This document shows, piece by piece, positions 48,901-58,074 of a stretch of DNA of 64,000 nucleotides. The stretch covers positions 1 to 64,000 of the forward strand of contig CAVSSM010000007.1 in NCBI GenBank assembly GCA_963730605.1, given 5' to 3'. Source of the stretch: an uncultured Chlamydiae bacterium (lineage in GTDB: Bacteria; Chlamydiota; Chlamydiia; Chlamydiales; SM23-39). The first letter of the stretch is position 1. The number at the start of each line of letters is the position of its first letter. Under the pieces are notes generated by a model. The model did not search any database, was not told the DNA's origin, and was given only the letters and a program-made list of their open reading frames with translations. The position numbers and the translations under genes were made by a program.

Positions 48901-50664
48901 AAGCTTGAGGACTTTGGGATTAAGCTCGCTGAAATCATGCCTGATTTCTTCTTGCGCTTCGGTCCAGGCACTTATCCTGCCGGGGAAAACATCATCACCG
49001 TATTCCATGAAGGCAAGCCGAGCTACTTTGAAGTTTCCCCAGAGATTTACCAGATGTGGACGAAGGGGATCGCTCCTTACACCGCCGACATCATCACCAA
49101 AATCCTCCGCATTCCAGCCAGGGCATTGCGCGCCGGTGCCATTCTCAACCCAAAATTCATGATGAAAAACATCGTGCGCGATACATGGGGCGGCTTTCTC
49201 TTCACCAAGTATGGGAAGAACATCAAGGACCCCCCTGCGCTGTTCCTGGACACTCTTTACGCCCCGCTTGCTCAATTGGGCATCGCAGCCAAACAAGCCA
49301 AGCTCTACGTCGAATGGATGAAATCGGGCGGCGGCATGTCTACCATGCAGTCGATGGATCGGGAAGCGATTATCAAGAAGCTCAAAGAAGTGCGAGACGG
49401 GTTGCAACCGCACCAAGTGATCCGGTGGCTCAGAAAGGTCGCCGAAATCTCGGAAGAGGCTAATCGGCTTGCTGAGTTCGGCCGCGCTTTGAATGTAGAG
49501 GGAGAGACGCGCTTGGGTAAAGAAATCGCCGCTTTCGCTTCCCGAGACCTGAGCATTGATTTCGCTAAGATGGGTCTGCAAACCAAGGCGTTAAACCAGA
49601 TCATCCCTTTCTGGAATGCAACTGTACAAGGCGGAGACAAGCTCATCAGAACGCTCGCCAGCGACCAGGATCGAGCCGAATTCATTGCCAGGGCAGTTGG
49701 GTTCATCCTCATCCCATCGCTAATCCTCGCCTGGATGAACCAGGATGATGAACGGGTCAAAGAATTCTACGAAGAAGAGAAAGACTTCAACTTCATCTCC
49801 TTCATCGGCGATACTGCTATCAAGATCCCCGTCCCCTTCGAAACCGGAGTCCTCGTCCACGGCCTGACGCAGCGTATGTATAACCACTTCATCAAGAAAG
49901 ATCCCCATGCCTTCGAAGGGTTCATAGGCAGCATTGCCTCTGCCATGCTCCCGAACTTCGTGCCCGCTTTCGCTAATCCGTTCGTAGAAGCGGCGGCGAA
50001 CCGGAATTTCTTTACCGGCGCGCCTATCATTCCTCGGGCTAAAGAAGGGCTAGTAGCCAAGTACCAATACAAGAATAACAGCTCGGCGACCGCCAGGCTT
50101 CTTGGCCGCGCCATGACCTACATGATGGGCCAGGACACGCGATCGAAAGCCGCCTCTCCTGCCGTCATCGACCACTTCATAAATTCGTGGGGAGCGGGCC
50201 TTGGACGGCTTGTCGTCTCTCTTGCCGATGCTGGATTGGAAGCCGCTGGACTGAGCGATAAGATCCCAGGGCCGGAGAAGACCATTACAGAAAGACTGGG
50301 TCTCGATGCGTTCGTTTCCCGGTACCCAAGAGCGTCTGCTAGGAACATCGAGAAGTTCTACGACATGTATGCCGATGCCACAGCTCGGCGCCGCTCCATT
50401 AAACAGGCTGAGAAGGTCGAGCTTGAGGAGCCGGAAGCGATCGAAGAGGCTTATGAGCGGGTCGAATCGCTTTACGACTACCCGACCTTACAGCGAGCCT
50501 ACAAGGCCATGCAGAAGAACCAGCGGGCGATCAACGAGATTTGGCAGAACCCCGATATCGACGAGAAGACCAAGAGGACCATGATCGACGATCTTTACTT
50601 GCAGCAAATCCAGTTCGCCAAAGAAGCCGTTGAGGATATCGAGAAATATCGCCTTGCTGGCTAA
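45952..50664 (+). CDS. Large polyvalent protein with HExxH metallopeptidase-like motif and LPD38-like C-terminus
   Basis: AAHEIGH..EGFAEF; DFAKMG..NQIIPFWNA..QG..K, IKIPVPFE.G and PFVE...NRNFFTG.PI segments. Confidence 0.75.
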   Translation: MATAPDFFSDLSQKPEANKFFSDIPQQAPVVKPKTSPTMQMAPVNFFADLEGQPSLQDQQAKPPGFLDRLGQAFAYQMQSGGPAGAPSLSPDQAKKVAAEAGTQIAIGEAFAPLKILATASKYAPGFLRSLVNISQAGTTGAAIPAVESLTEKGELPSKGELLKHGAIWAGIDAAIQLTHAGAEFGVIVNKLKAETGLPTREVLNRLWQGAKKHYGWKHPPTDPETGAAIIAPEQIEAMADLAVKEPETIIEATVKEKGPSPIPEPKAAQEPKVRDFENIDDVRAMLSDTDKKIKALEALGPRANANDERLLNTLRKTRPGLVEVLKELETRGKPSYLEPEPEKSVTTEAPKPVSGYVRKPEPKTVPEKIAHLSQKVKESEAHVENMREAIDQQKQLIEDLKKRESQLSPISYLHPTKEQRDTELRKAKERGEIKASIMGAKDNLEQKRDGLSSEKDYLAQLKAGLRDLKEKKEASRYEVPLGRGGALEKKVRIRPAEKELAEKQPSIMGKKQAIARSEILNLFRKAFTDPIRLGKFGQRASGIHKLWSRVTRLLKDNDIETAAHEIGHNLHTTLYGGDAKTHVEQRENINAALRPYLDELKPLALYEPFGMEGFAEFTRLYVTNPDTALKLAPKFYAKFDADLEAQYPELRNALLEARDYYEQYLQGTPESRIRAQTDYGDDSSKLDNLVDWVKSSLDMDKLKTNFLDDVFPAKRLVAEAFGISLSEVENLKDPRNLYRSLRVLKGAIGRADVFLTHETFDAKTLKRKGRGLRQILRKLKTPEEYKEFNDYLIARRVMEKGKQNIETGINYGDAIVTERNLAPKYKKLAVLLDHYNDALLTYARDGGVLSNEQYAAIKKANMMYVPFQRVIEKPAGVAAIGGRLQAGKPIKRMKGSTRDIIAPIESVIKNTYAIIVNAEKNLSGQALAELAKMRGIGRLVEYVPAPIELKAKISREEALKQMEALLKQSGWITEGGGGLGEEKLEDFGIKLAEIMPDFFLRFGPGTYPAGENIITVFHEGKPSYFEVSPEIYQMWTKGIAPYTADIITKILRIPARALRAGAILNPKFMMKNIVRDTWGGFLFTKYGKNIKDPPALFLDTLYAPLAQLGIAAKQAKLYVEWMKSGGGMSTMQSMDREAIIKKLKEVRDGLQPHQVIRWLRKVAEISEEANRLAEFGRALNVEGETRLGKEIAAFASRDLSIDFAKMGLQTKALNQIIPFWNATVQGGDKLIRTLASDQDRAEFIARAVGFILIPSLILAWMNQDDERVKEFYEEEKDFNFISFIGDTAIKIPVPFETGVLVHGLTQRMYNHFIKKDPHAFEGFIGSIASAMLPNFVPAFANPFVEAAANRNFFTGAPIIPRAKEGLVAKYQYKNNSSATARLLGRAMTYMMGQDTRSKAASPAVIDHFINSWGAGLGRLVVSLADAGLEAAGLSDKIPGPEKTITERLGLDAFVSRYPRASARNIEKFYDMYADATARRRSIKQAEKVELEEPEAIEEAYERVESLYDYPTLQRAYKAMQKNQRAINEIWQNPDIDEKTKRTMIDDLYLQQIQFAKEAVEDIEKYRLAG

Positions 50665-50696
50665 TGCCGGATGCAAGGCGATTTTTATCAAAGACT

Positions 50697-51395
50697 TCAA
50701 GAGCTGGGTTTTAAATGTAGAGAGAGTCTTTGATCAATCTGGTTGCGGAGCGCTTTGACGAGTTCCTCCGCAAACCAATCAGGTCGATTATAGTGAGGGC
50801 CAATGCTCGCCAGGCAGATGGTGGTTGCCTGGGAAGGTGGAACATCACAACTGCTTGCCAAAAATCGTCCCGCAAAGCGCAACAGTTCTGTCACGGCTGC
50901 GGCTTTATTTGCATCGCTCAAATTTGATAGCTTGTATCCAGAGATGAAATGAGCCGCTAAAGCTCGTGTGTCTTCGAGCTCTGCCTTATAATCGCTCATG
51001 TATTTAGCTGGATCGGATGTGGTCATCAAACCTTGAGGCCTCCAGGAGGCATCAACGTCATTTTTAAGCTGATCAACTCCGTAACAAAGATCCGCGTCAA
51101 TTTGTTTGAGAGCTTGTTCTGCGCGTTCATAATGTTCATCTGTCCATCCAGAGGGGAGATCGATAGCTTTGTCAAGAGAGTATTGGACGTCTTGGGACGT
51201 TATTGACTGCTGTTTAAATGTCGACACCTGAGATTGCCATTTACGGAAGATATTGTCGGCATCACGTTTGAGCTGTTCTTTTTTGCGGAAACGTACCTGT
51301 TTTTCTACATTTGATATCTGGGTCATAACGAATTTTCTCCATGGTTTACTAACTTTTGAAGAAATACCATAACCAAGAAAGCTCGGAATTGTCAA
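50697..51395 (-). CDS. Hypothetical protein
   Basis: 232-aa ORF; likely start at MTQIS. Confidence 0.6.
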   Translation of the reverse strand: MTIPSFLGYGISSKVSKPWRKFVMTQISNVEKQVRFRKKEQLKRDADNIFRKWQSQVSTFKQQSITSQDVQYSLDKAIDLPSGWTDEHYERAEQALKQIDADLCYGVDQLKNDVDASWRPQGLMTTSDPAKYMSDYKAELEDTRALAAHFISGYKLSNLSDANKAAAVTELLRFAGRFLASSCDVPPSQATTICLASIGPHYNRPDWFAEELVKALRNQIDQRLSLHLKPSS

Positions 51396-51398
51396 CCT

Positions 51399-51611
51399 TT
51401 ACGTAAGAGAGAAGAAGAGTATCGCATCTACAAGCAGCCGTAGTCCAATCGTCACCAAACAAAGGCCTGTCACTCTTCTCCATGAGAAAAAAGGCATAAG
51501 CTTTTTGAAATCAAACATGTGTATCCCGCTGCACAAGCATAATGATCCTAAAAATATCCTCACCAGCAAGAGGATTATCATTCCTAAAGGACTGAGCATT
51601 ATTTCTTTCAT
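51399..51611 (-). CDS. Small hypothetical membrane protein
   Basis: Two hydrophobic segments. Confidence 0.5.
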   Translation of the reverse strand: MKEIMLSPLGMIILLLVRIFLGSLCLCSGIHMFDFKKLMPFFSWRRVTGLCLVTIGLRLLVDAILFFSLT

Positions 51612-51619
51612 TGAACCGC

Positions 51620-51991
51620 CTAGCTTGATTTTTTCTTGTTTTTGAATACGTCAATCACCCCACAACCAACGTAGCACAGGAGTCTCAGGAGCTCTGCGTC
51701 GACTTTATCGCAGGCATTCATGCATTTAATGAAACCATCCCGCTGCCAATCAGTCATGCCAGGAACAGGTTTGCCCATGCTTGGCATGGATTTGCCTTCT
51801 ACAGCAGGAACATTAGATAGCGCATACAAAGCAACGAGCGGCACTGATAGTTTTGAAATAGCGCTGGCTACTTGAAGCAATGCGGGCGCTGCTAAGGGCC
51901 CAAATACTCCGGGGCGAACTCCGTATTGAGAGATTGCTAAGGAACTCATGAGATCCTCAAGGTTGAAGGGTTTTAGAAAAAGGGAAGACAC
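51620..51991 (-). CDS. Small secreted-type protein with twin CX3C motif
   Basis: LSNVPAVEG followed by CMNAC-X11-CYVGC. Confidence 0.65.
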   Translation of the reverse strand: MSSLFLKPFNLEDLMSSLAISQYGVRPGVFGPLAAPALLQVASAISKLSVPLVALYALSNVPAVEGKSMPSMGKPVPGMTDWQRDGFIKCMNACDKVDAELLRLLCYVGCGVIDVFKNKKKSS

Positions 51992-52083
51992 TAAGACACA
52001 AAAAATTTAGACGCAAGCCTAAATAAATAGTTTACAAACGTAGTATTTTTTAATTTAGTTTGAAAAATTCTGCATAGTTCTTA

Positions 52084-52698
52084 TTGTTGATGAATTTTCA
52101 AAAGCCAAGGAGGTTTTTTATGGCACTTCAAGCAGTAGGGACGAGCAACTTTCTTTCTGCATCCCTCGGAAATAACCCAATCCAAACACTCGGAATGCTC
52201 AGCATTACAATGCTGGCTGTAAACACTTTGTCAAATTTGCCAATGGCAAAAGCAGATGAAGGCGGATTCCCTTGGAGAGAATATTGCGAGGTTCAGTGCA
52301 CGCCAATTACTGGAGAAAAAACTGTCACACATCAAATCTGCGTCGAGACATGTCTAGTGGGAAAAGAAATGATTAAAACCACAACAGAACAGGCATTGAA
52401 GAATGGAAAATGGGAAGTTGTAAAACAACTCGGGAAAGTGGTGACGGCGATAAAACCAATTGGAGATGGCATAGATTGCTACTCAATTTGTAATAATCCA
52501 CTTTCAGCTGGTAGTAGGATGGCTGGAGATCTATTCATGGCTGGCTATAGTCTATGGAGCAAAAATTTACCTGATGCTGGTAGTTACGGTAAAAGTGCTG
52601 CTGCTAAAGCAGGGTGTGTTGCTCTTCTAATTACGCCAGCCGGAATTCCTGGTTGCCTGGCGTGTTGCGCAGGAACAAAGTACATCGGGGTTAATTAA
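52084..52698 (+). CDS. Cys-rich secreted-type protein with several CX3C motifs
   Basis: LSNLPMAKA followed by CEVQC-X13-CVETC, CYSIC and CLACC; likely start at MALQA after GGAGG. Confidence 0.7.
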   Translation: MLMNFQKPRRFFMALQAVGTSNFLSASLGNNPIQTLGMLSITMLAVNTLSNLPMAKADEGGFPWREYCEVQCTPITGEKTVTHQICVETCLVGKEMIKTTTEQALKNGKWEVVKQLGKVVTAIKPIGDGIDCYSICNNPLSAGSRMAGDLFMAGYSLWSKNLPDAGSYGKSAAAKAGCVALLITPAGIPGCLACCAGTKYIGVN

Positions 52699-52715
52699 AA
52701 AAGGAAATGTAATTT

Positions 52716-53000
52716 ATGAAAACAGCCAATTCCATTCAGATAAGAGAACAAACGCACCACTCTAGTAATCAGATTAGTAAATTTTTAGAAAAACACCCCA
52801 TTACAAGAAAGCTTATTCTTTGTGGGTCAATTATAATTACTGGTGGATTTATCATAGCAAAACAGATCTCGTCGAGAACATTCACACCGAGCTTTACACT
52901 TCAAGAAGCAGTTGCTTTGACAGTTATGAATATCTTCTCACAGGAAATGTTGCGTTACGATCGCTCATTGGAAAACAAAAAAATCGAGCGCATCTCCTAA
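52716..53000 (+). CDS. Small hypothetical membrane protein
   Basis: 94-aa ORF with a hydrophobic segment, downstream of the previous gene. Confidence 0.5.
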   Translation: MKTANSIQIREQTHHSSNQISKFLEKHPITRKLILCGSIIITGGFIIAKQISSRTFTPSFTLQEAVALTVMNIFSQEMLRYDRSLENKKIERIS

Positions 53001-53462
53001 TGGGGCGCTTTTCTCTTAACGAACTGCAAGCCCAGAAAATCGATCGACTAGCCTGACGGCTACCCTTCATATGCCTCGACTTGCGATAATAGATTCTAGA
53101 CCCAACCGACGAGGCGACCGAAGAGCGGTATCATGACGCGATAGATGCGATTAGGGGGAAGGATTAGCCTTGCGACGAACGAGCAGGAATGAATCGTTTT
53201 TCTGTGGGAGCCGGAAGCTGATGAGGCTCCAATGAAGTATTTCAATCATAACCTGCTATAAAATCATTATCTCATCCCTACTCCGGGCTTCTGCTTATAG
53301 GGCGCTAGGGCGAGGTTTTTCGAAGAATGCTTCTCTAATGCAAGTAAAATTTCTGATATAAATAGTTATTAATTAAACCATTCTTTTATTTCTGATTTGT
53401 GTATTATCTGCTCTGATTTTATATAAGTTGTTAGAAACTTTTCAAAACAAAATTGGAGATTT

Positions 53463-54708
53463 ATGCAAGCAGTATCAAAAGTAGAAATCTTAGATGTTCA
53501 ACCAAACATTCTCACGCAACCGATCAAAGCGACAGACGTTAATTCAACGGTAGGGAACATCAATGGCGGTTCCCAAAAAGCGACATTCCGCAAATTCGCT
53601 GCGGAACAGGCTCTTCAGCCTCAAGTTCAATTTGAGCAAAGCTTAACGGATCGTTTTAATTCAGGTTTGTTACAGAACGATATCCTAGTTAAGAAGATTA
53701 ACCCACATACCATGATCCATAAAGCAATCTTGGAAAATTCCCCTGTAGTAATCAGGAACCTATCCTCCAATTCTTCACGATCCCTTTACGGCACGCTTTT
53801 GGGCGCTTTTCGCGCCTCCGCCCTCGTAAAGATCACCGTCCCGATATTTACTTCGGGCGGTCGACGACGAAAAATCGCCTCAAAATCGACCATAAATGAA
53901 TCATTAAGAATTGGAGGATAGGTTCAGGTTTCTCCTAGCTCAAGGCGTGAGTGTCGATTATCCGGATTCTGATGGGATGTCACCACTTACTGTTGCACTA
54001 CTGAATCGATGCGACTATGCAGTTGATGTGTTGTTGGAGCATGGTGCCAATGTCAATCCAAAGATTCAGTGGAATGGAATGACTCTGCTGGAGATCGCAT
54101 TTTTAATGAAAGACCATAAATCAGTTCTCGCATTGCTGAAGCATGGTGCTGATATTAAGATAAATGAGATTGAACAAAGTGCTTTAGTTCAGGCAATCTG
54201 TTTAGCTCATGATTTCAAAACTAGATCTGAATGGGAAAAGATTGTTGAATTATTGATAGAAAAAGGATCAGATATTCATTCAAACAATTCCACTAGCAGT
54301 CCATTTTACGAATCCATTTTTCTTGCCCAACAAGGAGATTTCTTTGTTCTTGAACTCTTGCTTCGCAAGGGGGCCGATGTAAATATGAAGGTAGGTGGGG
54401 GTATTCCTTCTCTTTTTCTAGCTCTCAAATGGGGATCTCTAAATCCAAATTGGTGTATCCCTTTAATTGAATTGTTTATTGAAAATGGGGTTGATGTGAA
54501 TCAAGAGCATCAGAGCATGGGTACGCTTCTCCATTTAGCGATATCGGATTCTCGGTTTGATTTAGTGAAATTATTTATTGAAAATGGTGCCGATTTAAAT
54601 AAAAAATCGAAGGTGCAGGGTGAAATTCAATCTCCTTTAACCTTGGCTCTTAAACTACATGAGGTAGAAATCGTGCAGTACCTCGTGCAACATGGCGCAA
54701 AAGCCTAA
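53463..54708 (+). pseudogene. Ankyrin-repeat protein split by MITE-B
   Basis: Removing the MITE plus AG restores VVIRFLLAQGVSVDYPD, matching the paralog at 54775. Confidence 0.88.
53756..53925. mobile_element. MITE-B copy 2
   Basis: Same 170-bp element as 9677-9846 in opposite orientation; AG/AG flanks. Confidence 0.92.
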
Positions 54709-54774
54709 TCAAGCAAGCGGGGCCGTTTCGTGCGTTTCCGCTTCTATTTATTTTTAAAATAAAAATGGAGACTT

Positions 54775-55731
54775 ATGCAAACGCAAAGAATAGAGAAAAT
54801 AGATGTTCGAGATAACATTGTTCAACCACTCTTTTTGGTTCAGGGAGAAAAAGCCGCTGCCATTAAAATCGACGGTTCCCCAAAAGCTGCATTCCGCAAA
54901 TTTGCTGCTGAAAATACTCCTCAGCCCAAAGCTCAATTTGAGCAGAGCTTAACGGATCGGTTCAATTCGGGTTCCTTACAAGAAGACGTTCGCTTAAAGA
55001 AGATCAATCCTCATACCCTGATTCACAAAGCGATTTTGGAGAATAATCCAGCCGTAATACGTTTCCTTTTGGCCCAAGGGGTAAGCGTCGATTATCCAGA
55101 TCAAAATGGAATGTCGCCATTGACGATCGCGATCTTGAATTGTTGCGATTATGCTGTGGAAATATTGCTTAAAAATGGCGCCAACACGAACCCAAAGGTT
55201 AAATGGAATGACATGGGTTTGCTGGAAACAGCCATATTCATGAAAGATCACAAAACTGCGAAATCGCTGATTGATCATGGTGTTAATTTGAATGAGAAAG
55301 CTGGCAATAAAGGTTCGCTTGAATTAGCGATCCACACAAGCCAAACATCTCAAGAGTATATTGAAATTGCTCTTTTAATGATCGAAAAGGGAGCAAATAT
55401 TCATTCAAACGAACCAGAAAACTGTCCTTTATTTGAAACCATCCTTGCTTATAATGGAAATGTAGCAATTCTAAATTCTTTAATTAAAAAAGGTGTCGAT
55501 TTAAATATGGAATTCAAGAAAAGCGCTAATGGCGGACAAACCGCCCTCACTGTAGCCATTGCAATAGGTGGAAGTTTGGATGTTATTGATCTTCTTGTTC
55601 AATCAGGTGCAGATGTAAACAGAAAAACACCATACCTTGGCATGGGTAATAAATCTCCTCTGCAATTAGCTATGCAAACACAGCAACCAGAAATCGTTCA
55701 ATATCTCTTGCAACACGGCGCAAAAGCCTAA
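54775..55731 (+). CDS. Ankyrin-repeat protein
   Basis: Repeated G.SPL..A......V..LL..GA.VN units. Confidence 0.9.
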   Translation: MQTQRIEKIDVRDNIVQPLFLVQGEKAAAIKIDGSPKAAFRKFAAENTPQPKAQFEQSLTDRFNSGSLQEDVRLKKINPHTLIHKAILENNPAVIRFLLAQGVSVDYPDQNGMSPLTIAILNCCDYAVEILLKNGANTNPKVKWNDMGLLETAIFMKDHKTAKSLIDHGVNLNEKAGNKGSLELAIHTSQTSQEYIEIALLMIEKGANIHSNEPENCPLFETILAYNGNVAILNSLIKKGVDLNMEFKKSANGGQTALTVAIAIGGSLDVIDLLVQSGADVNRKTPYLGMGNKSPLQLAMQTQQPEIVQYLLQHGAKA

Positions 55732-56002
55732 CCTTCACTATAAAAGGGCGGCTTCAGAACCTGCCGCTCCCTTTTCGATGGCACAATTTTGACACACTGG
55801 CTTGCAAAATCTTACGGTTTCTCCGGGTATGCTATGAAAAAGGCTTCCTTTCTCTGCCTTGAGCAATTCCCCAAAATTTCCCCACTGGCTCACAAAAGTG
55901 ACCAATAATCAACAATTTCCATCAACTGTGAAAAAGTCCTTAACAATTTAATTCTATTGTTGTTAAGCTTTGATCATCGTTGTGGAAAGTGGAAATGAAT
56001 GA

Positions 56003-56052
56003 GACTGTTAATCCATTGGTCGCAAGTTCGAATCTTGCACCCGGAGAATTTT
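56003..56052 (+). repeat. attR core (50-bp duplication of the tRNA-Asn 3' part)
   Basis: Identical to 31927-31976. Confidence 0.95.
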
Positions 56053-56210
56053 AGATTTAGGCAGTTACGGCGAGAGCTATAACTGCCATTTTTGTACCAT
56101 GGTGCACTCCTGGTGCACTTCGCCGCAAAAAATGGCAACAGCTCTTGTTGCCAACCCCAGCCTTCATCTTAGGGACAATTGGGACAAAAGGGACAAAAGG
56201 GACAAAACTA

Positions 56211-57124
56211 ACGCGATGTGCGAGTTTCCGAAGCGGAAAATCGCACATGATTAATGATGGACAAGATGCTCAAATTGCAAAGGCTCGTTCCTTATGCTCA
56301 AGCTAAGCTTTATGCTGGCCGTATGTGCCAGTAATTTTCTCCAAAACCTAGAGCATTGATGCCATAGATCTCAAGCCCGCACTTTCTCAATGTGAAATCG
56401 CTCAGTCAATTGTCCTATAACTGTTTCAACAAGACGTCGAGTCCCCATCATCCATCTCAAAAAATCTTTTGGTCGATCATCCTTACATATTTTCTCGTAA
56501 GGGGGTCTCCAAATTCAATCCATGCCCCTTAAGTTGACCCTGCAATTCAGGGACGAATATATCCCTTGTCTCCTAGTAGAAGCCCTTTGATTGTCTCGAC
56601 CAGTTCAGGACACGCATCCCGTTCATCAATATTTGCCTTTGTAAATGTGGCCCCTGTTATCACCCCGGTCGAACTGATCACAATGTGTCCTCGAAAACCG
56701 TAGTAACGTTCTTTTTTGGTAGCACAATAACCGTATGCAGCATCCCCCTTAAAAATGTGACTGAAGTGAGCTCTCGCAAAATTTGATCTGTCTGGGATTT
56801 TCGGGAAAAAATGAGACCAATGCCTTTTGAAATATTCCCAAATGGTTTTATCGCAATCCATCCCCAGGAATTCCCCCACGATTTCGATAGCGATTACCTC
56901 ACTGTCTTTCAGTCCTGGCCCAGGACCTCTCTGACGCAGTTTTTTCCCTCTAAGAATTTTTTCTAGTTCATCGTCTACTAGACAAAAGACAGATATGATA
57001 AAGTCGTCGATCGACATGCCTTGCGCTCCTGTTTGGTTTAAGCGCAAAACAGTGTGCAGAACGGCATGTCATTTTTCAATTATTTCATGTGCGATTTCCC
57101 GCTTCGGAAACTCGCACATCGCGT
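56211..57124 (-). mobile_element. IS982-family element with a decayed transposase
   Basis: TIR of about 40 bp ACGCGATGTGCGAGTTTCCGAAGCGG(A/G)AAATCGCACATGA; DSEVIAI, YYGFRGH, LLGDKGY and RRLVETVIGQL motifs with a deletion, frameshifts and stops. Confidence 0.88.
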
Positions 57125-57539
57125 TAAAGTTGCTCGTGGAATGACAGGAGAAAGAAGCGACCTGAGAATGAATGAAGTGTCAGCATTGCTCTCCGCCCTG
57201 AGACCGAAGGATGAGACGGAAGCGATGCTTCTTGGACAATTCATTGCTCTGCAAGATTCAGGCATGAAATGTCTTAGACACGCCAACCTGCCGGAACAGG
57301 GATTCTACCACGAAGAGAGACTTTTTCTTCTTGCCAATAAGCTGTTTAATACAGCCAACCAGACCATGCAGACCATCTTGAAATATCGATCAGGCGGCCA
57401 ACAGACGGTGCAGGTGGTCCATGTTCACAACGAGGGCCAAGCGATTGTAGCCCAGAACCTCTCTCATTCAACCCCGGGGAGGGGATGCAAAAAAAATCTG
57501 AGAACTGAACCCCTTGGATCATTATGGCGCAGTGTGTAG
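57125..57539 (+). pseudogene. 5'-truncated hypothetical gene upstream of an HGGxSTG gene
   Basis: LRPKDETEAML and QTVQVVHVH..GQAIV pattern; N-terminus replaced by the IS end. Confidence 0.55.
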
Positions 57540-57730
57540 CAAAAAGTAAAAGATCAGAGGAGCAGTGTCAAAAATTGGCTGTTCGTGGAAGAACGACTTG
57601 TCATATGCATGGAGGTACTTCAAAAGGCCCGAAAACGAAAGCAGGAAGAGAACACTCTCGCTTGGCAGTGTTAAAGCATGGGGGGTGTACGAAAGAAGCT
57701 AAAGCTGACCGCGTGCCGTATAACAATTAG
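57524..57730 (+). pseudogene. HGGxSTG-domain protein, truncated by a MITE-D end
   Basis: C.AKSKRS...C.......C.MHGGTSKGPKT..G..KHG; 57701-57721 matches the MITE-D right end. Confidence 0.7.
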
Positions 57731-57876
57731 GGGGCCAGACAAGCTCTTCAAAACACCTGATGAGCCCATTGTTAGGGCTGGTTTCGTCATGGTAGTAAGA
57801 GCGAAAATATGACATCCTTAACTCTTTTATAAACAGTCGGTTAATGTTGTTAGTTAAGAGTTTTTTAGTTATTTTA

Positions 57877-57905
57877 TTGATAAAAAAGCTTCATCTTTAT
57901 ATAAT
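57877..57905 (+). promoter_or_regulatory. Sigma70-type promoter of the purH-his operon
   Basis: TTGATA-N17-TATAAT. Confidence 0.75.
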
Positions 57906-57945
57906 GGGGCTATAAAGGATAGATTTATCCTGAGAGAGATGAATT

Positions 57946-58074
57946 ATGAAACAAGATTTTAACACTACTTTGTGGCTGTGCCGAGGGCAATCCTCACAGG
58001 CGCTCGCTGCAACAATTCTTCCTTCATTCGTTCTTGTCACCTCTCATTCTCACCATCATCATCACCATTCCTAA
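57946..58074 (+). CDS. hisL: Histidine operon leader peptide, 42 aa ending SHSHHHHHHS
   Basis: 7 His codons among the last 9, between the promoter and the operon, followed by a hairpin and T-rich tracts; absent from the ORF track. Confidence 0.85.
   Translation: MKQDFNTTLWLCRGQSSQALAATILPSFVLVTSHSHHHHHHS

Larger units (their letters stand above)
31927..56052. mobile_element. Integrated phage-related element (satellite-like or defective prophage), about 24 kb
   Basis: 50-bp direct repeat of the tRNA 3' part at 31927-31976 and 56003-56052; integrase next to attL; replication and terminase genes. Confidence 0.92.

Noticed and set aside
31927..56052. Complete inducible prophage
   Set aside because: No recognisable portal, capsid, tail or lysis genes between the att sites
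57757..57800. Hammerhead ribozyme (CTGATGA followed by a GCCC/GGGC stem)
   Set aside because: The required GAAA does not follow stem II, and no stem I/III arrangement was found on either strand
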